Source: an uncultured Lachnospiraceae bacterium
GTDB taxonomy: Bacteria > Bacillota > Clostridia > Lachnospirales > Lachnospiraceae
Reading direction: 5' to 3'
Assembly: GCA_948794795.1 (NCBI GenBank)
Contig: CAQGLR010000014.1
Coordinates: forward strand, 17,399-81,398
Length of the DNA: 64,000 bases
Made by a program: the position numbers and the translations under genes. Of the stretch, positions 43,273 through 54,574 are shown piece after piece. The notes under the pieces are model-generated. The model saw only the letters and a list, made by a program, of their open reading frames with translations, was not told where the DNA came from and searched no databases. How positions within the stretch are numbered: position 1 is the first letter of the stretch; the number at the start of each line of letters is the position of its first letter.

Positions 43273-45330
43273 TTATATTTCTCCTTCCTCAATCATCTTG
43301 TCAATTTGTTTTCTTATAATATCTTTTGCCTCATCAACACTGGTGTCTTTAAGCTGTGCACCTGCCATATTAATATGCCCGCCTCCTCCAATTCTTTCCA
43401 TCATAACCTGGACATTTACTTCATCTATAGAACGTGCACTTATATAAATTTTACCTTTATATTTAGTAAGTACAAAAGATGCCTTTACACCATTTATATC
43501 AAGAAGCGAATTAGCTACTTTGGATGCAACTACAGTTGGTGACTCCACGCCCTCAGACTGGCTTTCAGCTATTGCATATACATCCTTATAAAGTTCTGTA
43601 TCCTGTATTGCAGCAGCACGTATCTTATATTCTGACAGGTCTTCACGGAATACTTTCCTCACCCTTACAGAGTCTGCCCCGCTTCTCCTAAGATATGCCA
43701 TTGCTTCAAAAGTCCTTATTCCTGTACGGTTAGAGAAATAATTAGTATCAATCATAATGCCTGCATACATAGCCTCAGCTTCTGCAGGCCTTAATTTCAG
43801 CCCGTTGCCAATATATTGTGATATCTCTGCAACCATTTCACATGAAGAAGATGCATAAGGCTCAATATAAAATAACACAGCTTTGTCAATAGAGTCCCCG
43901 GCCTGGCGGTGGTGGTCTATTACAACAACTGTCTGTGCCATATCAATAAGCTCAGGACACTCTGTATAACTTGCCCTGTTTACATCAACTATAACAAGCA
44001 CTGTACTTTCATCAACAAGTTCCATTGCAAGCTGGCTGCTTATTATCATGTCATCTTCATATTCTTTTGTATAAAACCTTGATTTAATAGTTTTAACAGA
44101 AGAATCTGTATCACTAAGTACAATATGTGCTTTTCTGTTAAGGGTACGTGCAATCCGGTATATACCTACAGAAGCGCCAAATGAATCAACATCCCCTATT
44201 GAATGGCCCATTACAACAACACGTTCCTTACCTTCAATAAGTTCTTTCAAGGCATGTGCCTTTACACGTGCTTTCACACGGGTGTTCCGCTCAACCTGCA
44301 CACTTTTGCCGCCAAAAAACTGTTCCTGGTCACCGCTTTTAATAACTGCCTGGTCACCACCACGCCCAAGCGCAAGGTCAATAGCCGCCCTGGCAAGGTC
44401 ATAACGGCCTGCAAAAGTATCCTTGCCTACTCCAAGGCCAATGCTTATAGTTGCCACCTGGCCATTTCCAATGCTTATATTCCTGACTTCTTCCAGTATA
44501 GAAAACCTTCCTGCTTTCAGTTCTGCAAGGTAACGCTGTTTAAATACAAAGAAAATCTTATCTTTCTCAATCTTCTTAGATATTGCATCAATGCCTTGCA
44601 TATATTTATTTATCTTTCTGTCAATAAGTGCTGTCATAAGTGACTGGCGCACTTCATCTATACTGTCAATAAGCTCATCATAATTATCAATATATAAAAG
44701 ACCAGCTACAAGATTTTCTTCTTCCCTCTTCTGCTCAAGTTCCATCATATCAGTTTCATCATGCAGGAACAGTGAAATAATGCTATTGTATTCAATAAGC
44801 TGGCTTATATCATTGTGTGGTTCTTCTTTCTCATCACTTCCAGTATTTTCTGAAACTACAAGGCGCATATCAGCCTTATAATACCTGTCTTTAATTTTCA
44901 CATGTACTATTTTTAAATTATAATCATGTGGCAGGCTGTCTTCTGTTATTTCTGGAAAAATATTGCTTATATTGCGTCTTGCTGCCTTTTTATTTACTAT
45001 TACTTTAACAAATTCCTCGTTACCCCAGAGAAGATGGCCTTCTTCACTTAAAATAGCATAAGGTACGGTCAGGTTTCCAACTATCTCCATCTGCATCTGC
45101 CCGTAATCTTCTGCAAACCTTATAAGGTCTCTTTGTATCCGCCTTCTGCCTGTTGTAAAAACCAATGTACAAGCCAGGACATATACAATAAAATAAAAAA
45201 ATCCAATTATACCTGCTTTCCGGTTGTATATAAATAACTGCACATCCATTGCAGCAAAAAATATGCTAAGCAGCACAGGCCATCTTAAATATGTCTTTAA
45301 AATACCTTTAAGCCGGACTTTATGTTTCAT
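43273..45330 (-). CDS. gdpP: Cyclic-di-AMP phosphodiesterase GdpP (TM-PAS-degenerate GGDEF-DHH-DHHA1)
   Basis: RGGDQA, IDHH, GGGH; conserved gdpP-rplI-dnaB order. Confidence 0.92.
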   Translation of the reverse strand: MKHKVRLKGILKTYLRWPVLLSIFFAAMDVQLFIYNRKAGIIGFFYFIVYVLACTLVFTTGRRRIQRDLIRFAEDYGQMQMEIVGNLTVPYAILSEEGHLLWGNEEFVKVIVNKKAARRNISNIFPEITEDSLPHDYNLKIVHVKIKDRYYKADMRLVVSENTGSDEKEEPHNDISQLIEYNSIISLFLHDETDMMELEQKREEENLVAGLLYIDNYDELIDSIDEVRQSLMTALIDRKINKYMQGIDAISKKIEKDKIFFVFKQRYLAELKAGRFSILEEVRNISIGNGQVATISIGLGVGKDTFAGRYDLARAAIDLALGRGGDQAVIKSGDQEQFFGGKSVQVERNTRVKARVKAHALKELIEGKERVVVMGHSIGDVDSFGASVGIYRIARTLNRKAHIVLSDTDSSVKTIKSRFYTKEYEDDMIISSQLAMELVDESTVLVIVDVNRASYTECPELIDMAQTVVVIDHHRQAGDSIDKAVLFYIEPYASSSCEMVAEISQYIGNGLKLRPAEAEAMYAGIMIDTNYFSNRTGIRTFEAMAYLRRSGADSVRVRKVFREDLSEYKIRAAAIQDTELYKDVYAIAESQSEGVESPTVVASKVANSLLDINGVKASFVLTKYKGKIYISARSIDEVNVQVMMERIGGGGHINMAGAQLKDTSVDEAKDIIRKQIDKMIEEGEI

Positions 45331-45426
45331 AACTTACCTCATTTCTGCACCGCCAGTACATATACCAGATATGTAAACTGCGCATTAATTAGAAAATTAT
45401 ATCATTATTACATTTTATAGTCAAAC

Positions 45427-46293
45427 TTATGGTTCACATTCCCACCTGGCTGATGCGCCACAAGGCAGTATAAGCCCGTTTGATGTAACTGGAAGCCCTA
45501 TTTCCTGTGCTTCTGCCCTTCCCCCATATCTTTTAACCAGCTCTAATTCTGCCATATATGACAAAACTGCTGGCTGTAAGCCTGTCGTATAGGAGTTTAT
45601 AAGAAAGAATAATGGTGTATCCGATAATAATTTGGCACAAAGTTGTATAAAAGGATGTATTTTTTCTTCAATCTTCCAGATTTCACCTTTTGGTCCTCTT
45701 CCATATGATGGCGGGTCCATAATAATTGCGTCATATTTATTGCCACGCCTGGTTTCACGCTCTACAAATTTAACACAGTCATCAACAATCCACCGTACAG
45801 GCGCATTACCAAGCCCAGAAGCTGTAAGGTTTTCTTTTGCCCATGTAACCATCCCTTTAGATGCGTCTACATGGGTTACACTTGCACCTGCTGCCGCTGC
45901 TGCAATAGTAGCACCTCCTGTATATGCAAAAAGGTTAAGCACCTTTATACTCCTGCCTGCATCTTTAATCTTCTGTCCAGACCACTCCCAGTTCACTGCC
46001 TGCTCTGGAAACAGGCCTGTATGTTTGAATTTAAATGGCTGTAAATTAAATTTTAAATTCTTATAACTAATCTGCCATACATCAGGCATATTATGGAATT
46101 CCCAGCTTCCCCCGCCTTTGTTGCTGCGGTGGTAATGCCCGTTATATTTTCTCCATCCTTCTGCCCTTTTTTCTGTATTCCATATAACCTGTGGGTCTGG
46201 ACGCACAAGTATATAATCTCCCCATCTCTCAAGTTTCTCCCCACATGATGTATCTATAACTTCATAATCCTTCCATCCATCCGCAATCCACAT
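45427..46293 (-). CDS. Class I SAM-dependent methyltransferase (RlmI/RlmK-like)
   Basis: HTGLFPEQ, VLNLFAYTGG, IMDPPSY; start ATG 46293 after GGAGG. Confidence 0.85.
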   Translation of the reverse strand: MWIADGWKDYEVIDTSCGEKLERWGDYILVRPDPQVIWNTEKRAEGWRKYNGHYHRSNKGGGSWEFHNMPDVWQISYKNLKFNLQPFKFKHTGLFPEQAVNWEWSGQKIKDAGRSIKVLNLFAYTGGATIAAAAAGASVTHVDASKGMVTWAKENLTASGLGNAPVRWIVDDCVKFVERETRRGNKYDAIIMDPPSYGRGPKGEIWKIEEKIHPFIQLCAKLLSDTPLFFLINSYTTGLQPAVLSYMAELELVKRYGGRAEAQEIGLPVTSNGLILPCGASARWECEP

Positions 46294-46402
46294 TCTATAA
46301 TTCCTCCATAAAATCCTGGTTATATTCCACATTCTCATTTATATATATTAACCGGCCAGTATATTTTACCACAATCCTTTTATTTATGCTATACCTGAAC
46401 AA

Positions 46403-46672
46403 TTTTTTGAGTTTCCCCATTTTTTTAGTATACAATTATTTTTGCTCTGGCAATTCCAAAGTTTTACCATTGGCAGCCGCTTGCGCTTGAATGGGATGCG
46501 CAGTGGTGCATAAAGCCCCAAATGCTTAATAGAAACAACTGTTTCTATTAAGCATTGAAAACGCAGCTTAAGCACCAGCGCCCCCATAACAGCTGCCTTA
46601 TGGTAAAACATTTGGAACTTGCCAGAGTAATATACTCTTTGTGTAATTAAAAAAATGGGGAAATCCAAAAAA
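46403..46672 (-). repeat. Dispersed palindromic element, copy D
   Basis: TTTTTTGAGTTTCCCCATTTTTT / AAAAAATGGGGAAATCCAAAAAA; closest to copy F. Confidence 0.88.
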
Positions 46673-46675
46673 ATA

Positions 46676-46704
46676 TTGTTATGAAATAGTAAAAGAGGTA
46701 TTAT
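46676..46704 (+). promoter_or_regulatory. Candidate promoter of the small hydrophobic ORF
   Basis: TTGTTA-17 nt-TATTAT. Confidence 0.5.
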
Positions 46705-46776
46705 ACTCTGAAAAGAATAACCATATTACAGAATGTGTTGGCTTCATTATAAAGAGAATGGGGATGGGATGGTGCT

Positions 46777-46881
46777 ATGAAAAAGATAAAACGAAAGAAC
46801 AATATCTCTCTTATGGAGTTGCTGGCTTCTAGTATATTCATTTTGGCATTGCTTACATTCGTGTTTACATTTTGTAAGTAG
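46777..46881 (+). CDS. 34-aa single-TM peptide, candidate type I (holin-like) toxin
   Basis: MKKIKRKNNISLMELLASSIFILALLTFVFTFCK*; SD-like GGGATGGTG; below the ORF-track length cutoff. Confidence 0.6.
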   Translation: MKKIKRKNNISLMELLASSIFILALLTFVFTFCK

Positions 46882-46884
46882 TAA

Positions 46885-47019
46885 TAAATAACAAAAGTCA
46901 CCCTGATACTTTGATTGGACGTTAAGATGGCATTATTGCTTTAATCTTAGCCAACTCCTTGTAGGCAGCTACTTTTTATTTTGTATTTATACAATAGCAT
47001 ATCTTGGGTTTGATGATAA
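46885..47019 (-). ncRNA. Candidate antisense antitoxin RNA with its promoter
   Basis: Minus-strand TTATCA-17 nt-(TGc)TATTGT at 47019-46991 fires toward the peptide gene's 3' end; imperfect hairpin GCCATCTTAA...TCAGGGTGAC then TTTTGTTATTT. Confidence 0.4.
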
Positions 47020-47026
47020 GAGTCTT

Positions 47027-47256
47027 TTTTTAGTTTCCCCATTTTTTTAGTACACAAGTTATTTGGTTCTGGCAATTCCAAATGTTTTACAATCAGCAGC
47101 ACGCTTGCGCTTGAATGGAATACGCAATGGTGCATAGAATCTGAAAAAAACAGATTCAAGCACCAGTGCCCCATAACAGCTGCCTTTTGATAACACATTT
47201 GGAACTTACCAGAGCAATATAGTCTTTGTGTAATTTGAAAAATGGGGAAACTCAAA
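47027..47256 (-). repeat. Dispersed palindromic element, copy E (shorter apical region)
   Basis: TTTAGTTTCCCCATTTTT / AAAAATGGGGAAACTCAAA; core CGCTTGCGCT...TGGTGCATA...AAGCACCA. Confidence 0.85.
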
Positions 47257-47504
47257 TCTTTTTCTTTTGAAAATCCCTGGCGTTCTTTTTTTCTGCAGTC
47301 TCTCCCATGCTTTTTGCTTATATTTTCATCCTACTTATATGGTACATCACAGTTTTCCTAGACAAACATTCTTTCCTGTATTTTCATATTTGTAAACAGT
47401 AACATTGGATTTTTTCCAAAACCATATTCTGTTTTTTACCTGTAGCTTTATGAGCTTAATCATATACTATTAGGCGGATATCTATTCACAAATATTCAGT
47501 TACC

Positions 47505-48638
47505 TTACCTCGTCAGTTCATTTATACTCTTTATTAAGTGTTTAATATCTTCTTTACTATTAAATTGACTAACTCCTATCCTAACTGTTCCCAAATACTC
47601 TTTATCATCAAGATACTTATGTATATAGGGCGCACAATGATAACCTGTTCTTACCGCAATATCATAGTCTTCATCTAAAATCATTCCCACGTCATCAGAT
47701 TTATAACCATTAATAACAAAAGAAATAATACCAATATGTTTATTTCTATCAAGCGGAACAAAACAAGTTACACCTTTAATATTATTTAAATTATCAACTA
47801 AATAGTCTGTGAGGATTCTTTCATGTTGGTAATTCCTGTTAACATCCAAACATTTTAAAGCTTCATATAAACCTGCAATAGCAACGATATTGAAACTTGA
47901 TGGTTCATATTTTGTTGTATTTTGTTCAGGCATATCTAAATTTAAAGAATCTGTTCCTGTTCCACCAGTCAGTACCACATTTAATGAAATATTGGAAATA
48001 TTTATAAAACCACCAATACCAAAAGGTCCATATAATGTTTTATGCCCTGCAAATGCTATTATATCTGCATCAATTTTTTTAGAATTAACCTCAATCAATC
48101 CCAGAGATTGTGCTGAATCAAGCACCGTAATAGCATCATATTTCTTAGCTTCACTAAATACTTTCTCTACAGGTAAAATATATCCAGTCACATTACTAAT
48201 ATGTGTACAAAAAACCGCTTTAGGTCTATCTTTTGCAAACAAATATTTCATTTTTTCAATATCTATTTCAAATGTTTTCTTATTTATTGGTAATTCTATC
48301 ACCCTAATACCAGATAAAGAATTTAGTGTTCTTGCAATTGCATTATGTTCATAAGGAGAAACATACACTATATCATTATTTTCCCACGAAATCCCTTTAA
48401 TTACCTGATTTAATGCAACTGTAATTGATGGTGAAAAAACCACATCTGCTATAACATCTGCTGCCACTAATTTCCTAATAAGCATTCTGGTATCATCAAT
48501 TACTTTTGCAGCTTTTTGAGCAGCTTTGTATGAGCCTCGTCCAGAATTCACTGCGTATTTTCTATTAGCTTTATCCATGCCCTCATAAACCGGTTCAGGC
48601 TTGGGGAATGTTGTAGCTGCATTATCTAAATAAATCAA
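47505..48638 (-). CDS. sspA: PLP-dependent cysteine desulfurase, SspA role
   Basis: YLDNAATT, EHNA, DSAQ, AGHK (PLP lysine), RTGYHCA (group II type); last gene of the cluster. Confidence 0.85.
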   Translation of the reverse strand: MIYLDNAATTFPKPEPVYEGMDKANRKYAVNSGRGSYKAAQKAAKVIDDTRMLIRKLVAADVIADVVFSPSITVALNQVIKGISWENNDIVYVSPYEHNAIARTLNSLSGIRVIELPINKKTFEIDIEKMKYLFAKDRPKAVFCTHISNVTGYILPVEKVFSEAKKYDAITVLDSAQSLGLIEVNSKKIDADIIAFAGHKTLYGPFGIGGFINISNISLNVVLTGGTGTDSLNLDMPEQNTTKYEPSSFNIVAIAGLYEALKCLDVNRNYQHERILTDYLVDNLNNIKGVTCFVPLDRNKHIGIISFVINGYKSDDVGMILDEDYDIAVRTGYHCAPYIHKYLDDKEYLGTVRIGVSQFNSKEDIKHLIKSINELTR

Positions 48639-48718
48639 TTCTTCACTTCCCTATTCTTTAATATCCATAATATATGTATGATAAAAAAATTCCTGATATA
48701 ATCTGCATATAAAGTGTT

Positions 48719-50875
48719 CTATGATATTAATGTTTTTATATGTCCAGTAATATCTCCTTTAAGATATTCAAATCTTTCAGCTAAGATCTTTTTTATTTTA
48801 TCTTCTGAATCTCCAGACTCATATGTAGAATATTTGCTTATATACAATTTTGTTTTTGCCTCATTACATAGTCTATCTGCATAACCCTTTAATGATTCAT
48901 CCGATATTTCTTTATTAGATTGTTTTGTTATATAAATAAAATTCAAGGGCGAATTACATATATGTTTTTTTTCCTTTCTAAGTTTAGCAGTAACTTCTCC
49001 AACTTTTTTTGCTGAACCAAGTGGAATAATATGATGTGCCTCTAACTCATCTGCCTCTTTGCAAAAAACACTTATCTCTTTGTCACTATCAAACATATCA
49101 GCATAAGTCTTTGATAGAAAATATTGGCATATAAAATTTCTTATTACATCTTTCGGATATCTTTCATCATCAGCTTTTTCTAAAAGTAATAAATCTTTAT
49201 CAGAGAAATTAGGAGTATTTAACACATATTCCTTAATATTTTCAATCCATTTAACGTCTTGTTCTCTATTTATTGTTTTAATCATTAATTGAAGATTAGA
49301 TATCATCTTTGAATTTTGATCCTTGTCAAACTCTCCCGAGAAAACAACTGCCCAATACCAAGCTTCAAGTATGTTATGAATCTTCTTGTCTTTAAACCAC
49401 TCTTCATTAATAAAAATTATAGATACAATGACCAATAATAAAGAATAATTAATCTCATTAATGTTTCTGATTCCACATCTAGTCTGAAAAAAGAAAAGTG
49501 CTCTATCTATAGCATTACATACTAATTCACAATTTTCATTAATATCCTTAGGATTAAGACTAAGGATCTTATCCCGTTTTATATTTTCTATTTTATATTT
49601 ATCTGACATGAAATCTTTATTATTACAGTACAAAGAAAGTACATCAAGAAAAACATCAATGTATTTTGGATTAATTTCATTTTTTTGTTCTTTATAACAC
49701 TTCATATTAACTGTTGCATTATAAGATTTTGTATTAATTTTCTTTCCGAGCAATGTTTGCATTGTATCATTAAGCACATCTTTTGTATATCCCTTTTCAC
49801 ATAACATATTGTCAATAATCCGCTTAAAAAAGTTTTTATTACTAACCGTTGCAACTCTTGCCATTATTAAATCAAAAGTACTTAAACTCACGCCTCCTCT
49901 ATTTAAATTTTCATAAATATCTATAGCTCTAGCCCTTTTATCCGCATTAACAATAATTCTATTCAACACAATTTCCTGAGTACATACTCGGAGATAATCT
50001 TTGAGTCCCATCTCCCATAATTTACTTTTGTCCTTAAGTTCTTTTTCAAATAGAGCAATATTATTACAAATCTTTTCTTTTAAGTTATTGGTAAAAATCT
50101 CCTCAACAAATTTCTTTTTTTTCTCATCACCTTCAAGTCCTGAAAAATAATTTAAAATTTCTTGATGTATTCCATCTGCAACTTTATTAATAATTGCCTC
50201 ATATCTTAATTTAACTTGACTGTCATTTTTTAACTTTGATGGAGCCAATAAATATAAAGGAATTAGATACCCCTTTTCATATGACATACAGAAGTTATCC
50301 AAATCTGTATCTAACTCTGTATGAGGATTGTATGGTACAGTTTCTCCAGTCTTAAAAGACAGACATTCAATAAATGAATATATATCACCTGATAAAAAAT
50401 CCGGGTCATTTTTAGTATTATCATATTTAAAAACCAAATCATGTACCCCAAATAAATCCCGTTCCTCCTTTATTTTTTTCCATTTTGGTATTCGCAAAAA
50501 AAATCTTCTTTTAAGAGCTATAGGTGCACTTAATTCAGAAACTTTTGGACATAATTCATGTATAATGCTAGAAAACACATTTGCAAGTACCGTTATTCTC
50601 TGTTGTCCATCAAGCAAAAATTCAACCTCACCATTAACATCACTCATATCTTGTTCTTTGCTACATCCAATAATTTTAGATGCATATTCGTCATGCCTTG
50701 ATTTTAACAACAATATACTTCCAATTGGCATTCTAGCAAGAACAGATGCAACCAGCTTGCATTGTTCTTCCTCTGATTTCCATACAAACTCCCTCTGAAA
50801 ATCAGGTAATACAATCTCTTTTTTTTCAATTTTACTAATAATCTCAGTAAAATCAGTATGATTCATATCTTCCAT
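48719..50875 (-). CDS. DUF262 (GmrS/ParB-like NTPase) plus C-terminal HNH-like domain; SspE/GmrSD-like restriction effector
   Basis: LPDFQREFVW, PIGSILL, LDGQQRIT, YENLNRGGVSL; C-terminal EAHHIIP...NSPLNF...SN. Confidence 0.8.
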   Translation of the reverse strand: MEDMNHTDFTEIISKIEKKEIVLPDFQREFVWKSEEEQCKLVASVLARMPIGSILLLKSRHDEYASKIIGCSKEQDMSDVNGEVEFLLDGQQRITVLANVFSSIIHELCPKVSELSAPIALKRRFFLRIPKWKKIKEERDLFGVHDLVFKYDNTKNDPDFLSGDIYSFIECLSFKTGETVPYNPHTELDTDLDNFCMSYEKGYLIPLYLLAPSKLKNDSQVKLRYEAIINKVADGIHQEILNYFSGLEGDEKKKKFVEEIFTNNLKEKICNNIALFEKELKDKSKLWEMGLKDYLRVCTQEIVLNRIIVNADKRARAIDIYENLNRGGVSLSTFDLIMARVATVSNKNFFKRIIDNMLCEKGYTKDVLNDTMQTLLGKKINTKSYNATVNMKCYKEQKNEINPKYIDVFLDVLSLYCNNKDFMSDKYKIENIKRDKILSLNPKDINENCELVCNAIDRALFFFQTRCGIRNINEINYSLLLVIVSIIFINEEWFKDKKIHNILEAWYWAVVFSGEFDKDQNSKMISNLQLMIKTINREQDVKWIENIKEYVLNTPNFSDKDLLLLEKADDERYPKDVIRNFICQYFLSKTYADMFDSDKEISVFCKEADELEAHHIIPLGSAKKVGEVTAKLRKEKKHICNSPLNFIYITKQSNKEISDESLKGYADRLCNEAKTKLYISKYSTYESGDSEDKIKKILAERFEYLKGDITGHIKTLIS

Positions 50876-50969
50876 TCATTTATCCTCCATTGTATTCTAA
50901 CATAACTTTGCATAGTATTATTAGAAATCTATTATATATAGATTTTATTACCTATAATAGTAATATACA

Positions 50970-53900
50970 TTATTTTTTTACTATCTTATCAATCAATTCC
51001 ACCAATATAGCAACTCTGTCATTTACACTTAGATCACTATATTCTTCTAATGTATCCTCAAGGATATTTTTCAAAATATTACTTTGTCCTTCATGTGTTT
51101 GTTCATAATACAATTTTTCCTGTTCCCCACTAGAGTTGTAATAAGTCAACTGCAATTTCCCATCAATATTACCATCTTTTATACTTTCCACTAAAGCTTT
51201 ACAATGTTGAAGTTCAGTAATATATTCCTCATATGCACCAACATTCCAGTTTTCTATAAAAACATCTGTTACTGCCTTTACAAGATATGAAACAACCTCT
51301 TCATCACTATATACATTTAACGCCTTAATACAATTCATAAAATTAGTAGCTCTTCTATCCAACAATTCATGTTTAGCCATCAAACTTTGCTCATCATACC
51401 AACGTTTTAGGATGTATACTAAATCCTCTTTGTTTTTCTTTGTAAAAATGTCCTTAGTACCATTTGATGCTTTCAAAATAATCCAGTCTCTATAATCATC
51501 AAACGCAGTAATTACTTGTGATAAAAGTTCAAAAGTCTTACTTAACCCGTCATAACAATTAAACATTTCTGGTAGTTCCATAAACAAAAATTGATACGGA
51601 TTAGGAGAAACCCTTTGAATTAACTTTTTGTATATTTTCATTAATGATTTAACTAAATCATCAACAACATCAAACTCATCTAAATATGGAAGATTACGTG
51701 TTACTTGTGGCAACGCCCTAAATCTTCTTTGCATACAAATTATTATATTTCTAATTCTATTTTCAGTAAGATTCAAACTATTTTTGACATCAAATAATTC
51801 ATTTAATTCAGATATATATTTTTCCTTTTCTGCATCATCCTTAGATATAAACAATTCATAATCTGAAGGATTCTCACACATATTTACAAGTATTTCTTCA
51901 TTTAATTGAACCTCTATATTATTAAAATACACAATAATATCTTCATGCCGCTTTGCTATAACATAAGACAAATAAATAGGAATAGGGCCTTTTCTCATCC
52001 CATATGGTTCTGACGTAATATAACTTATCAATAATTTCATATTTAATTTTCTGTCACAACATGAGTCCAAAAAACCATCAATATATTTCACTATATCTGA
52101 TATGGGATTACAAGAGTTGTCATCTTCTAACTTAGTATTATAAATCAATGCTCTTGCTATAGTAGCCTCTTGATTGGAACCACTATAAAATTTTTCATCA
52201 TCTCTATGTTCTAGTATCGTCTTTGTAATAATATTTCTTGCTTTTTTAGTTGGTCCAGTTAAAATATTTTCCCTATTTATTATCTCATTATTTATTATAG
52301 GTGTCCGGTTATAAATCTTTTCACACAAATTACCAATAATATCTTCACACTCATTATAAGAAACAGCCCTTAAATTTTTATCACTTGGTAATCTATACAG
52401 AACTTTACAATTACCAGAATACATTTCTTCTATCTCTAGTTCAATCTCCTTGCCAAGTTCCTCTTCTTGTAAAGGTAATTCCTTACTCATAACTTGATTT
52501 TCTTCAATAAATATATCATGTTTTAGCTCTTGGATAATCTCATAATCAATGACCTGCTTTTGCTTCAAAAATTCTTTCTGAGGGCAAATAACCACAATCT
52601 TACTATTACATAATGTTCTAAGTTTTCTCCTTATATCACCCTCATTTATCTTCTTTATTGAAAATAATGACAGCACCACACCATCACAAAAAGGCATATC
52701 TTCAAACAACACTCTATCTTCATCAAGATTTATAAAAGATTCAACATCCATGAATTCGTTTCTAAAAAACCTTGTCATCTTATGTATGCTATTGAATTTT
52801 CTCGGAAAATAGTATGGTTTTTGTATTATTTTACTAAATACAGATGCATAATTTATATTTGTTCCTTTTATTGTTCTTCTATTTTTAATTTCTTTCTTTA
52901 ATTCTGAACCTGCTCTTGTTTTAAAAGCATAACTTCCATCTATTCCTTTTTTATAAATAATATTCTTATACAAAAGAACATTGATTACAGAAGGATAATC
53001 AGATATTTCAACAGATAATTTCAAAAAATCGTCAATAACTGGAAATTCTTCACTCTTGTTTACTATAAGTATTACCGCCATAGATTTAATGATTTTTCTC
53101 TGATCTTCATTCTCACATTTAGATAAAGCATATTCTGCATTTAACCATTCGCTATGAACAAACTCATTATTTATTTCCTTTTTAAACAAACCTGAAAAAT
53201 AATCATATATTAAATCTGCACCTACAATCCATGATTCCTTATCTGTATGCTCTTGTACAAAACGAGTCATACTAAAAGGTTCATCATTAGAAATAAATGT
53301 AAATAATGTTCTTTCATTTTGAGCAACTTTTTCACTGACATTTAATAAAAGATAAGCACTTATTGGACTTAAAGGATAACATCCTTTCAATATTATCCTC
53401 TCAAAATCTCCTTTATTAAAAACCGACTTAAAACAAGGTATATTATAGAATTCTTCACATCGTTCCTTACTAATATACTTTTGTGTCTTTTTACAATCAG
53501 CTAATATATTGTAATCTTTTATTATAGCATTACTAATAAGTTCGTAATTATTTTTAGTTGATGTAATAAAATATTTCTCAATTAATCTACCTTCAATTCC
53601 AGTAAATAAATTAATTACTTCAACCGGCAAATATTTTCCATATTCCTTTATACTCTTATGTGCAATCAGTGTCATAAATATTTGTGATTCTTTTGATTCT
53701 GTAGCAAGTTCACAAATATTTTGAATTAATTTCATATTTTTACCAATAAACTCTTGATTTTGTCCTTCAATAAATTTACTAAATTCATCAAATACAATAT
53801 ATATTCCGCTATAACCATAGTCTTCCTTCAGTCTGTCGCTTACACCTCTGAACAAATTTAAAACATCTGTTGTAACAAGCGGATTAAAATCACTTCCTGA

Positions 53901-54566
53901 TGTAATTTGTGGATATAAATCAATAAAAATATCAAGTTCTTCTCTTGAATAATGATTTAAGGCATCAATATAATCATCCTCTAAATATCCTTTTTCTTGT
54001 ATTTTTATTATAAATTCCTTATAAGTTGGCAGAAAGTTCTCTCTCCAGTCATTTATTCTTTCAACAGCAACATCAAATGCAGTATTGGGGATTAATTCAT
54101 CAATGTGTTCTCTTCTTAAAGCATCATTTATAGCAATAATAAAATCCTGTTGGAGATCACTATTATTATCCTGGACAAGTATGGGAAGAAATCTTCCTCG
54201 GACATTCCACAGTTCAGAAATCATTTCACAAACATAATTATCTGGACCTTCAATCTTGCTTATTTTTTCCACAAGTTCATCAATAATCTCTTTATTTTTT
54301 GTATTATTTCTATCCATTGTTAAAACAGATAACAAAACCAACAAAAGGTGTGATTTACCTTTCCCGTATGAACCTATAAGTAATGTAGCCTGCTCTTTAT
54401 TTTTAACAACCGCCTCAAGATAGTCTTTTAAAACGGCAATAGAAGACTTTGTAGGAATGTATCCTTTAATTTTCTCTTTTTTATTTAAACTCAAATACAA
54501 GTTTATAGCAGTTTTAAAATCTTTATTAAATCCAATTAATTGATTTAAACTCTTTATGCTTGACAT
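50970..54566 (-). CDS. sspC: Large P-loop ATPase, SspC/BrxC-like
   Basis: Walker A GSYGKGKS, Walker B IVFDEFSK, YPLSP, QNERTLFTF; sits between DUF4007 and DUF262 genes. Confidence 0.78.
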   Translation of the reverse strand: MSSIKSLNQLIGFNKDFKTAINLYLSLNKKEKIKGYIPTKSSIAVLKDYLEAVVKNKEQATLLIGSYGKGKSHLLLVLLSVLTMDRNNTKNKEIIDELVEKISKIEGPDNYVCEMISELWNVRGRFLPILVQDNNSDLQQDFIIAINDALRREHIDELIPNTAFDVAVERINDWRENFLPTYKEFIIKIQEKGYLEDDYIDALNHYSREELDIFIDLYPQITSGSDFNPLVTTDVLNLFRGVSDRLKEDYGYSGIYIVFDEFSKFIEGQNQEFIGKNMKLIQNICELATESKESQIFMTLIAHKSIKEYGKYLPVEVINLFTGIEGRLIEKYFITSTKNNYELISNAIIKDYNILADCKKTQKYISKERCEEFYNIPCFKSVFNKGDFERIILKGCYPLSPISAYLLLNVSEKVAQNERTLFTFISNDEPFSMTRFVQEHTDKESWIVGADLIYDYFSGLFKKEINNEFVHSEWLNAEYALSKCENEDQRKIIKSMAVILIVNKSEEFPVIDDFLKLSVEISDYPSVINVLLYKNIIYKKGIDGSYAFKTRAGSELKKEIKNRRTIKGTNINYASVFSKIIQKPYYFPRKFNSIHKMTRFFRNEFMDVESFINLDEDRVLFEDMPFCDGVVLSLFSIKKINEGDIRRKLRTLCNSKIVVICPQKEFLKQKQVIDYEIIQELKHDIFIEENQVMSKELPLQEEELGKEIELEIEEMYSGNCKVLYRLPSDKNLRAVSYNECEDIIGNLCEKIYNRTPIINNEIINRENILTGPTKKARNIITKTILEHRDDEKFYSGSNQEATIARALIYNTKLEDDNSCNPISDIVKYIDGFLDSCCDRKLNMKLLISYITSEPYGMRKGPIPIYLSYVIAKRHEDIIVYFNNIEVQLNEEILVNMCENPSDYELFISKDDAEKEKYISELNELFDVKNSLNLTENRIRNIIICMQRRFRALPQVTRNLPYLDEFDVVDDLVKSLMKIYKKLIQRVSPNPYQFLFMELPEMFNCYDGLSKTFELLSQVITAFDDYRDWIILKASNGTKDIFTKKNKEDLVYILKRWYDEQSLMAKHELLDRRATNFMNCIKALNVYSDEEVVSYLVKAVTDVFIENWNVGAYEEYITELQHCKALVESIKDGNIDGKLQLTYYNSSGEQEKLYYEQTHEGQSNILKNILEDTLEEYSDLSVNDRVAILVELIDKIVKK

Positions 54567-54574
54567 AATACCAC

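Noticed and set aside
47257..47504. Possible gene remnant downstream of sspA
   Set aside because: Only short interrupted frames; no recognisable motif
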